64,000 nucleotides of DNA, from the NCBI RefSeq assembly GCF_006345805.1, contig NC_043003.1:65038001-65102000 (forward strand). Direction: 5' to 3'. This stretch comes from Octopus sinensis. Lineage: Eukaryota. The notes below the pieces were generated by a model that was given only the letters and a program-made list of their open reading frames with translations, was not told the origin of the DNA and did not search any database. Below, one piece after another: positions 1-11,064 of the stretch; the first letter of the stretch is position 1, and every line of letters starts with the position of its first letter. Position numbers and translations under genes: made by a program.

Positions 1-521
1 GCGAGGTTGTTCAGCAGGAAATTGCTAAACCGTCTTTCTCGGACTCGAGAAACTTTAAAAGAAAGCATTTATATGGAATTTTTATGTATTACTCTCCGTG
101 AAAAAACAGCATGGTAGGGAGATGTGCAGTTTTGTCAAAAGACTCATAGACTAGGGAAAAGGGACACCCACGTGATGGTGAACAGAGTAACTTCTTTATT
201 ATCAAAGACCGGGAACAAAATCACGAGTGCATTAGTACTAACGTTTGAGATTTAGATACGGTAACCGTGGACTTTATCAGTCTCCGAAAACAATCAATGG
301 TTTAATCAAAATATTGATTTATATTCCACATGGATAAGCAAGAAGTGCGCTCTGCTGTAGAACGACCAAAGCTTTGCCTTAGAAAGAAATCAGTTACTGA
401 GCCGAAATTACAATCTCTATTGCTAAAATGCAAACGCACATTCATAATGCGGACTTTCAACATATGAAGTTTAAAAACTATTAACTACTTATATGGATTT
501 GTGATACTAGAAGCCACTTTT

Positions 522-610
522 GGCAAAGTCGACCACAGTGGAATTTGAACTCAGGACGTAACGGCAGACAAAATGCCGGTAAGCATTTCGCCCGGCGCGC
601 TAAAGTTTCT
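522..610 (-). mobile_element. SINE family A, partial copy
   Basis: Reverse complement of the head CAGAAACTTTAGCGCGCCGGGCGAAATGC...GAGTTCAAATTCC seen in many copies in this window. Confidence 0.75.
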
Positions 611-771
611 GGTAAAAATATATGCGTGCTAACCGAGGGAAAATAAATAATAAAATATATTAAGTAATGTCTTAAATGTTTTTTTAAGGTGGGGTGGGGC
701 AACAATAATATCAAATGAAAAGAAGCAATTAATGAGGTGGCTGAGTGAAGTATTTTGATGCTGACGTGTGG

Positions 772-993
772 TGGCAGAAACGTTAGCACGCCGGGCGAAA
801 TGCTTATCGGCATTTCGTCTGCCGTTACGTTCTGAGTTCAATTTCTGCCGAGGTCGACTTTGCCTTTCACCCTTTTGGGGTCAATAAATTAAGTACCAGT
901 TACGCACTGGGGTCGATGTAATCGACTTAATTTATTTGTCTGTCCTTGTGTGTCTCCTCTATGTTTAGCCCCTTGTGGGCAATAAAGAAATAA
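772..993 (+). mobile_element. SINE family A with tail type 1
   Basis: TGGCAGAAACGTTAGCACGCCGGGCGAAATGC head, B-box-like GAGTTCAA, tail TGTTTAGCCCCTTGTGGGCAATAAAGAAATAAG; near-identical to 34985-35222. Confidence 0.85.
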
Positions 994-1209
994 GAAGCCA
1001 TTTTAAATATAAATATCATATCTGATCAAGAATGTCGCTTGTACTACATTAAGCAGCATCAGTCCATTTTGTTCGCTTACGGGGTGTTTTGATGCCAAGC
1101 CAAGCCAAGCCAAGCCCTTTGTTGTAGTGACACCAATACCATAGCGTCGACTGTGGGCTTGTGGCTGTGGACAGTCGCTTCAATACCGCCAAGAGCGAGC
1201 TCATGACAC

Positions 1210-1330
1210 TTCTTGGACCCTAAGTAAGGCATGTGTAAAATTTGAACGAAATTGGTTGTGTAGTTCTCAAGTTTTAGGGAAACACGCAGACAGACAGACA
1301 CACATTCTCAGTTTTATATATATATATAGA
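1210..1330 (-). mobile_element. Non-autonomous Helitron-like element, 5' end only
   Basis: Same terminal architecture as 2017-2424 and 13981-14382 (plus strand ...ACAGACAGACA...TTTTATATATATAGA|T); no CTAG end found. Confidence 0.45.
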
Positions 1331-1898
1331 TAAACTCTTAAGACACCTGACAAAGCCAAAATAAATATGGATTAATCGAATCCACAAATTTCCAACGAAG
1401 AAAACTGCGACTATTGGTCGTACTTTTCAGATTGCGGCCATGCTAGGGCAGTGATCTCAAAGATGTTACTTGATTATAACAAACCTTTTTTGTAAATCAA
1501 TTTTTCATAATCTTTTTATAGAATGCGGAGTCAATCGTAGGCAAAAAGCAATGTTTCCTAATACACATCTATCAGACACTGAAGCTTAAAATATATTCAT
1601 TTTTGTGGTATTTTTTCGTTTTCTTTGTAAACTCAAACGTGCACGAATGTACATAGATACATAGATACATACATACATACATACATACATACATACATAC
1701 ATGCATACGTGCATACATACATGCATACATGCATACATACATACGTGTGTGCGTTTAAACATATATGTGTGTGTGTATGTGTGTGTGTCAAATAAAATGA
1801 GGAGTATATATTTCCCTACGTCTTCCTTATTTGCTTCCTTTTCCATAATAACTCCTCATTGATCTCTAATATTTCCCTCTATTTAACCATCTTACATC

Positions 1899-1946
1899 AT
1901 CTCTGATGAAGAAATATCCCTAATATCGCAGAAATAGCTGTAAGAT
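1899..1946 (+). ncRNA. Minimal hammerhead ribozyme-like motif (degenerate) in a Penelope-type relic
   Basis: ATCT-CTGATGA(1903-1909)-21 nt-GAAA(1931-1934)-TAGCTG-TA-AGAT; stem I ATCT/AGAT pairs perfectly, stem III near-palindromic, stem II degenerate. Confidence 0.55.
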
Positions 1947-2016
1947 TAACTTTCTCTTTATAAATGTCCTGAAAATTCCACACAGCCTTGGCTTCGTTGT
2001 CTCATTTTATTTAACA

Positions 2017-2424
2017 CTAGCAGCATAGCCCAGCGTTGCCCGGATATGTAAGAGCCCCTAGTAGGCAACGACTAATCCCAATCTAGTTCTTTCCCTCTAG
2101 GGAACGAAGGCGCATGTGTAGGTTGCAGTGTCTTCTCTTCACTCGAATACTCCTATGTATACGATGTTCGTAGCTGTCTCCCGACAGAAAATGTGTTGCA
2201 TATAAAAAGCTTAGATTCTCGACCCCATGTCGAATTTATCGATTTTTTTCAGAACTGGGGGAACTTTTCAAAATTTTCGCTGCGTTAGTTTTGAATTATG
2301 ACATTGGGCTATGTGTGTGTCAAGTTTCATCAGAATCGGTTGAAAGCCGTGGTCAGGGTGAGGGTACAACCTGACAGCTACACAGACACACAGACAGACA
2401 AACTGCCGTTTATATATAGAGAGA
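2017..2424 (-). mobile_element. Complete non-autonomous Helitron (~408 bp)
   Basis: On the minus strand begins A|TCTCTCTATATATAAA and ends with a GC hairpin (CCGGGCAACGCTGGG) then CTAG|T: TC...CTRR termini with an A|T insertion site. Confidence 0.7.
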
Positions 2425-2567
2425 TATAAATGCTTATACAAGACACGCGTTAGATCCCTTACTCGTACCATTATCGAACCGAGAGTTTAGCTACGGTCCT
2501 TCCATGTCACTTACATAGCGTTACCTGCCACCTTGGGTCTTCTGGATACCAATACCACTCATATATA

Positions 2568-2720
2568 GTGGCTGTGAGGTAAGTAGCTTGCTTACCAGCC
2601 ACATGATCCTGGGTTCAGTCCCGCTGCGTGGTACCTTGGGCAAGTGCCTTCTACTAGAGCCTCGGGCCGCCCAAATCCTTGTGAGTGGATTTGGTAGACG
2701 GAGGAAACTAGAAGCCTATC

Positions 2721-2780
<60 letters not shown>

Positions 2781-3060
2781 ATATATATATGTATGTGTGT
2801 GTATGTGTGTGTGCGTGTGTGTGTGTGTGTATGGTATGTATGTGTATGTATATGTGTCTGTGTTTGATTCCCCCAACATCGCTTGACAACCGATGCTGGT
2901 GTGTTTACGTCCCCGTGTAAATTAGCGGTTCGGCAAAAGAAACCGATAGAATAAGTATTAGGGTTACAAAGAATAAGCTCTGGGGTCGATTTGCTCGACT
3001 AAAGGGGTGTTCCAGCATGGCCGCAGTCAAATGACTGAAGCGAGTAAAAGAGATTAAGAG
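2568..3060 (+). mobile_element. SINE family B, full length with internal (TA)n/(TG)n
   Basis: A box TGGCTGTGAGG, B box GGTTCAGTCCC, CORE-like ACCTTGGGCAAGTG, internal microsatellite, 3' half ending CAGCATGGCCGCAGTCAAATGACTGAA. Confidence 0.85.
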
Positions 3061-3079
3061 ATTTATATATATATATTAT

Positions 3080-4492
3080 ATCAACAATCAAGGAACGGCC
3101 ATAATAGGCCATTCACCCACTAGAAATAACAGCCAAAGCTCACCGCAAATAAAATAATTCCGTAAACAGAGAAAATTAAAAAAACATTTACCTGTAATTT
3201 CTTATACGATGCACCGTTTCATCTGCTGTTAATGGTAAACTACCCTGATTAAATTTAATCAGCCAATCTTCCATAGGCCCTCAGATTCTTCAGTAAGAAA
3301 TAGCCCAAGTCGGAACAGAATTTCACGAGGCATTTCCGACCCTGCCAAGTAATATCTGACCTAAAATTTTCAAATCATCGCACTCGCGCCAAATTTATCG
3401 CAGCAAATAAATATAGCCGTCGATTCCATTACGGAATTAACCAGAAAATTCATAATTAATCATATATGACGATTAATTTTTTCCCACTAGGCCGCTGGTG
3501 GCAAAAAATTCTACAAAATTTTTTTTTGCCACCCTATTGATTATTATGAATTTCTGGTTAATTCGTAATGGAATCGACGCTTATATTTATTTGCTGCCGA
3601 TAAATTGCGCGAGGCGATGATTTTGAAAATTTTAGGTCAGATATACCTTGGCAGGGTCGGAATGCCTCGTGAAAATTGTTCCGACTTGGGCTATTTCTTA
3701 CTGAAGAACTGAGGCCTATGGAAGATTGGCTTGATTAATTTAATCAGGTTAGTTTACCATAAACAGCAGATGAAACGGTGCATCGATAAGAAATTACAGG
3801 GTAAATGTTTTAAAAGTTTCTACTGTTTACGGAATTGATTTTATTTGCGTTGAAGCTTTGGCTTATTTTCTAGTGGGTGAATGGCCTATTATGGCCGTTC
3901 CTTGATTGTTGATGTTGACTTAAAAATGGTCTATGACTATTTAATTTTTCCCACTAGGCCGCTGTGGCAAAAAATTCTACAAAATTTTTTTTTGCCACCC
4001 ATATTGATTATTATGATTTTCTGGTTAATTCGGTAATGGAATCGACGGCTTATATTTATTTGCTGCAGTATAAATTGGCGCGAGTGCGATGATTTGAAAT
4101 TTTAGGTAGATATTACTTGGCAGGGTCGGAAATGCCCGTGAAAATATCTGTTCCGACTTGGGCTATTTCTTACTGAAGAATATGAGGCCTATGGAAGATG
4201 GCTGAGTTAATTTAATCGGTTAGTTCACCATTAAACAGCAGATGAAACGTGCATCGTATAAGAAATTACAGGGTAATGTTTTTTTAAATTTTCTCCTGTG
4301 TTCGGAATTGTTTTATTTGCGGTGTTGAAGCTTTGGCTGTTATTTCTAGTGGGTGAATGGCCATTATGGGCCGTTCCTGATTGTTGATGTTGAACTAAAA
4401 ATGGTCAATGACTATTTATTTTTTCCCACTAGGCCGCCTGGTGGCAAAAAATTCTACAAAATTTTTTTTTTTGACACCCTATTATTGATTAA
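3080..4492. repeat. Fold-back plus tandem array of a ~470-bp unit
   Basis: 3080-3465 is the reverse complement of ~3535-3915; direct units start at ~3465, ~3932 and ~4407 (last partial); flanked by (TA)n on both sides. Confidence 0.9.
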
Positions 4493-5554
4493 TATATATA
4501 TTATATATATATATATAATATATATCTATATATATCTTATGATAAAGGCAGATTTTCTTGCCTGTTCCCATGTTTCTTTGTAATACAATTCTACAATATA
4601 GAATTCCTCATTGGAATGTTACCATGATTTTTCCAGTAGATTCGATTGGGTCATGGCATAAAAAGTTGTTTTCAATTTGACCCCCAATTAAGCAAAAAAT
4701 TCGAGAAACTCAATATTTTAGATTCACCTCTCTCATTTCAAATGGTTTACTCCTGCTATTACTTCTCCTACTTTCTTTGCAAGTGTGCAACAATTAAAGT
4801 GAAAGTATTAATATAACAGGATGAGCCATTAATACTAGTCATCCTTTTGCTAGAGGAGATCCGCTATGGTCTTATCTTATAGCTATATCACTGGTTTTCA
4901 ATTCATATTATCAAATTAATATTCAATTTTTCACCCTTATTATGTGTGTGTGTGTGATTAGTAATTCTAAAAATTGCATTAATGACTTGAACTTCAATAA
5001 GTGGTTTCACATAAATGGGGAAAATTAAAAAGGTCTGTTGTTGTTATTATTACTGTTTGACTATTGTAATCACGTTTGTTGGTTCTTCGTCAGGGAAACG
5101 TTGAGTGTTGCATTTGTTAAATAATTGTAAACCGTAACCCTCCCCTTTCGGAGAAGGGGCTTTGTTTTATGTTTAAAAATTGAATTGTGTCCCTGTTGGG
5201 GAAATTGACAATATTTTCACCGTCTTTACGGAAGTATTTTTGTCAAATGCCTTCAATAGACGAAGTCCAAAATGAATTTCGCTGCAGGCCGTACAATTCT
5301 ATACAAGAGGGGAGGACAAGATCCAATGATCGGAAATTGCACGAGACGGGCCTACAATTCCAGTCTGGTATATATTTTGATTTTGTTATCACTAGCGATA
5401 TCAAGATATAACTTTGTATTTTGTATTTTATGTGTAGATGTATATATATAGATGTACATGTAATATGTACACATATATATATATACACATATATACATGC
5501 ATAATATATCTACCCATACACACATACGCACACACACACTCACACATACATAGG

Positions 5555-5695
5555 GGCAGGTGTGGCTGTGTGGTAACAAACTACGTTCCAAACACATGGT
5601 CCTGGGTTCAGTCCCACTGTGTGGTGACTTGGCATGTGTCTTCTGCTGTAGCTTCAGACCAACAAAAGCCTTCTCAGTGGATTTTGTACATATAT
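5555..5695 (+). mobile_element. SINE family B, 5' part
   Basis: GGCAGGTGTGGCTGTGTGGTAA...GGGTTCAGTCCCACTG head. Confidence 0.7.
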
Positions 5696-6099
5696 ACAGG
5701 CATACATACAGATATATACATGCATGTTCTATATCTTATAAATTACCCATATTTACTTATCCATGCTTCATTCCCCTCTTGCCTACATAAGCATCCATTC
5801 TCTTTTAACACAGCATGAAGTTTTGTAACAGCACATCCGTTGCCGTTCGTGGAAATCGAAGAGATCCTATTCACCTGCGAACGTTTTACACCGCCTTCCA
5901 CGACTATCAAATTCTTACAATTATGAGAACAATAACATGGCTATTTTCAAGGCAACCTCGCATTCAATTCTTACACCATTCTACGAGGGGGTAGGAACCC
6001 CTTTACACGGCTTTCTATACACTTACAAATACATTCATTCGCCGTAAACTTATATCAATATTTGCTTGAATAATCATCATAATTCAGTGCAATCATCAA

Positions 6100-6150
6100 C
6101 AGTACTTTCAAGCAATTCAGCCTCGAGCATCGCCGGGCAATTCTGCTAAT
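6100..6150 (+). mobile_element. Helitron-like 3' terminus (degenerate)
   Basis: CCTCGAGCATCGCCGGGCAATTCTGCTAAT resembles the hairpin+CTAGT end of the 13981 element. Confidence 0.4.
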
Positions 6151-7394
6151 ATATATTATATATATAAAACCGTCTAAAGGATAAAATTATCCATTACACT
6201 ACCGATATATACTACCTATATTAAACCATGGGAATACATATGCAAATATATTATGCTCATAGCTTATAGGTAAAGACAAAGATAAAGCTGGGTTTATCAA
6301 GAATCAAAATTTAAAGAAAACAAAAAATGGAGAAATACTGATGAACAAATCGTTGTTCACCAGTACTTCTCTATTTTCTGCTTTCCTTATATTTTCTCTC
6401 TCTCTCTCTCTGAGGATGATGATGATGAGAATGATGAGGAGGAGGAGGCAGGTGATGATGAACGATGATGATAGTAACTTGTAATTTCAACCCAGATGGG
6501 AATCTTCAGATTGAGGGATTTTTTTCAAATGAGAGTTTTTCTTTGTTTTTGTTTTTTTAATGTAATTGGTGTTGTTTTGTGGCGGGTGAATATACTTATT
6601 TTATTTGTTTTTTTTTTTTTGTTTTTATTGGAAGGCTCTGGTTCTGTCTGGGTAACTTGGGGATAAGTGTTCGCGCAGGAAAGAAGATCGATTAGGTATA
6701 TAAAGATAAGTGGTCTACTCCGTGATTAAAAAAAAAAAAAGATTCATAAATTAATTAGTCATTCAGTAGGATAGTGTGTGAAAGTGTATAGTGGTTTCGT
6801 AATTGCACAAGCATGAATGTTTTGGAGAATGAAGTTCACTGGAGCGTGAATATTCTTATAAATATACATCAGGTTAGAGGTTTAATATTTGAAGAATTTT
6901 CTGGATAGAGACAATGGCATTGTCGATAAATAGGATTTGATGCTTTGCAGTAAATTGACTTATTGGACGAATGTGTATGAGTCTTTGTGTGCGTGCGTGT
7001 GTGTGTACGTATGTATAAAGTTCAAGGGTGATGTTAGACTGACAGGTGCATATGCGAATATATATATACAAGTAGATATGCGTACACATATATGCAAATA
7101 TTACGTCTGTATATAAGTATGTTTGGATATGTGTGTGAGTGTGGGTGTGGGTGTGTGTATGCATTGATCTTGAGTTAGTGCTTTCAAAATAAATTAATAC
7201 GCCAGATAACATTCTCTGGATAAAGGAATCAATAGAAATGTAGAATCTCAAAACTTTTCAGACCAATATGGAGATTGATAGGGACTTCGAAGTCTAGACA
7301 TCACTGTCACTCTAATACACACACACACACTCACACATGCTCACGCACACATAAATTCACACACATATTAAATATACATTTAAACACACACACA

Positions 7395-7469
7395 CACACA
7401 CACATATATATATTATATATATATATTATATATATATATATACATACATACACACATAATAGATGCATA

Positions 7470-7532
<63 letters not shown>

Positions 7533-7596
7533 ATATAAATATATATATATAGTACATATATATGTATAAATATGTATATATATGTATAATATATAT

Positions 7597-7654
<58 letters not shown>

Positions 7655-7912
7655 TATATATGTGTATATGCATATGTATGTATATTTCAGTGACATCAGA
7701 CGAAGTTGAGAATTTGGTTCCATTGATTTATCTGTGTTCCGAGATGGCTGAATAAGCCTGTTTTTCACCTGAAAGAATGCTGATAACGAGGTGCATATGT
7801 GCTCAAGCAGGCATACATACATACGTACACTACATAAACATACATACAATATACATACGCGCTTTTATAACATATATTCATTTATATGTATGTGTATACA
7901 TAATATTTACAC

Positions 7913-7982
<70 letters not shown>

Positions 7983-8095
7983 CATATATATATATAATAT
8001 ATATATATACTATATATACATATACATATAATACATATATATATACATATATAATATTATACATATACATATATATATATATATATATAATATAC

Positions 8096-8137
<42 letters not shown>

Positions 8138-8260
8138 CATACATATACATTATATATATAGAGAGAGAGATAGGTATATATATACATACATATATATTAA
8201 TATATGAATATATGTAAATATTTGTATGTGTATATAAGTGTGTAATTAAGTAAGTATACA
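7395..8260. repeat. Large interrupted (TA)n/(TACA)n microsatellite field
   Basis: Direct reading of sequence. Confidence 0.95.
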
Positions 8261-9109
8261 ATCATGTAGATATGTATATGTGAATATGTGTGCAAAATAA
8301 GTGCTGATCGAATTAGCGTGAGCAACACATCTTTAAATGTGACTTTATCTGAATCGAATAGACGCTGAAATATGAAGAGTGTCTGATAAGAGCAAAGATA
8401 TGGGTGACAACTTCAAACCATAAAGAAAACAGACTTTTCGTAATTTTTAATTATTGAATTTTCAACAAAGTATCTGTCTCCCCTATTTTAAGAGACAGTA
8501 GGTATACCACTTCTGGTTATACTCCCAATCTATAACATATATGTCACTGCGTGTAGCGTTAAAAAACATATTCAGTTACATATAATAGATCGTTGTGGCA
8601 GCCAAAGAGATTTTCAATATTCAACTATCTGATGCTATTTTCATTTCTTTGCATTTTATATGGGGCACTGCTCTATTATATGGGTCTGTGTTCCATCCCT
8701 GGAAGGTTCCATAGCGAACTTGCTCTTCTGTGAGATGTTGATAGTTTTTCTTTTAACACATCCTTATTTCAGATTTCTAATACCACCAAAGCTGAATTTT
8801 CCTTTCATCCTTTCCATGTCGATAAAAGTACCAGTCTTGTACTGGGGTCGTTTCAATCGATTCCTTGCTCTCTGCAATTTGTTTACCTTACACCAAAGAA
8901 TAACGTAGGATGTAGCGATAATTCAAGCCAAGAGAAGCTGCTGGATTCATTCATCAAAAATAGCCATAAATTTCGCTTTATTATTTATCATTTATTTTTC
9001 TTTTGGTTTGTATTTTATAATGATTCTGTACATGTAAGGTTTATATCATATAAATATTATTCTTAAAAAAGAATATCATTGACAGTGACTTCGAAGTTTC
9101 GACTAAATA

Positions 9110-9305
9110 AACTAGCGCTGGGCAAAATGCTTAGCAACACTTCGTCCGTTTTTACGTTCTGAGTTCAAAAGCTACCCAGATCGACTTTGTCTTTCATCAT
9201 TTCGAGGTCGATAAAATAAGTACCAGTTGAGCAATGGAGTCAATCTGATCAACCTTCTACCCGCCCACCTCAAATTTCTGGCTTTGTACCAAAATTTGAA
9301 ACCAA
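9110..9305 (+). mobile_element. SINE family A, degenerate, tail ending AAAATTTGAAACCA
   Basis: GGGCAAAATGCTTAGC...GAGTTCAAA...GTCGATAAAATAAGTACCAG. Confidence 0.7.
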
Positions 9306-9586
9306 ATTTGAAGAGATATGTTTGATACAAATCATCCTTTGTTCAACTTTGCCTCATAATTCCCTAGAGTTAATAGAATAAGATGCAAGTTGCGGTTTCG
9401 ATATAATCAGTTATATCACCCCTATACTTCAAAACGGTGACATTGTACCGAGTTAAAAGTTAATATTTTGTAAAACCGTATTCCAAGCTCTGCAGACATT
9501 CATTTTTTAATGTGTTACCTTTGTATATTTTAAGTATGTTATCTCTCTATATTTCAGATAGTTTAATGTACACACTCACGCGCACG

Positions 9587-9641
<55 letters not shown>

Positions 9642-10039
9642 ACAAAATCGCGCACAAACACAAATTCAACTTCGCATTAACATTAAAGAGAATAAAGGTT
9701 ATCTCATTTCATAAAACATTAAAGTATCACATAAAATACAATCACTGTTAAAAAATATTAGAGTTTTTCTTTTATTAAATGGTTTTAAAATATCGATAGC
9801 TTCGCAGCGTGACAACATTCTTACTCTTTCCAGTATAGGCACAAAATTGTTCAGTCATATTATATATGATATTGCTCTGATTGTTTTAAATCAATAAGAC
9901 AGCCGTTCCCACTTATGTAACCAATATCAAAATGTGTAGCGCAGTCAAAAGTCAGACTATATCCGTATGAAACAACACAGACTAAATCTCTCTCTTTTTC
10001 TCTATTTACATACATACATTCATGCATACACACACATCG

Positions 10040-11057
10040 ATCCAAAATGCCTTTGAATGTCGTATCATATCCTTTCGGTAACACTTTTTAATCACGAAGT
10101 GTCGGAGTGTATCCCTTGACCAAGTTTGCATACATGAGGCTGATAATATCATAAGACTTGGAAGGCATCTCATTGAGCAGCATTCCTCGTCTGATAAATT
10201 TAAATACATGCCCAAAGAAGTCGTACGACTCTACCGCAACGTATCATCAGATGATAGGATGAGCGTATACGAGCAGAAGACCATGAAGGGATATGTTAGA
10301 ATAAAGATCAGAAATGATAGTAACACTGATCATCAAAACAATCTATCAGGCACCAACAACCGGATTACTACCTAACACTTTGAAAGGGTATACATTTGCA
10401 ATCCAGAAACATGAGATATCAACAAAATACTTGATGCACAAAAGGGACAGGGATGCAGGAAAAGCAATAAAATGTGACAACCGATGCAGACTTGGTGGAG
10501 TTAACACTGAAGACATCACGCACATCATAAGCAGTTGTCCGAACACGTCATCATGGTTTTATCTACCGATGAGACATGATGTTATAGCTAGGACACTATA
10601 TAATGAAATCTGTCGGAAGGATAACCTCGAGGACAAAGAAATAAGGAACTACAGCATGGTAGAAGCTATAGCCACTCATAATAAATAGGAATACTAGTGG
10701 AATGTCCCAGTGAAAACCTCAATAAAATGTAAACACAATAGATCTGATATAATGATCTGGGATAGAGAAGAGAAATTGTGTATAGTTGTGGAAATCAGCT
10801 TCCCAGCGGATGTTTCACTGAAGATCAGTGAAAAAGGGAATGCCTACGCTGAACTATTGAGAAATCTGCAGTTACCCTATCCAGATTACAAGTTCAGATT
10901 TATACCTGTAATTTTGGGGGCACTAGGATATGTAAGACATTGCCGAGAAATGAGGCTTCTCAAAACCGGAAAGGGAAAAGCTAATTCGAAGACTACAGAT
11001 CCAAGCCGTCACTGGAGCTATAAAATCTGTAAAATTTTCCAGGAGTTTAACATTTAA
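10040..11057 (+). mobile_element. R4/Dong-type non-LTR retrotransposon, 3' relic (zinc knuckle + restriction-like endonuclease)
   Basis: Translates (with stops and frameshifts) to GYTFAIQKHEISTK, CRL..EDITHIISSC..RHD, KHNRSDIMIWD..VVEISFPAD, FRFIPVILGALGY. Confidence 0.8.
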
Positions 11058-11064
11058 GTATATA

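Noticed and set aside
1-480. Possible coding or transposase fragment at the window start
   Set aside because: All frames I translated close within ~40 codons and no diagnostic motif was recognised.
7275-8261. ORFs of YI, TH, VC, MYVC and LSIY repeats here and throughout the track
   Set aside because: They are translations of TA, CA, TACA and TATC microsatellites that lack stops in some frames; no coding evidence.
8640-8760. Minus-strand EEQVRYGTFQGW (BIR-like) or QTHIIEQCP (LINE zinc knuckle-like)
   Set aside because: Both are short, in different frames and bounded by stops; at best a decayed LINE end.
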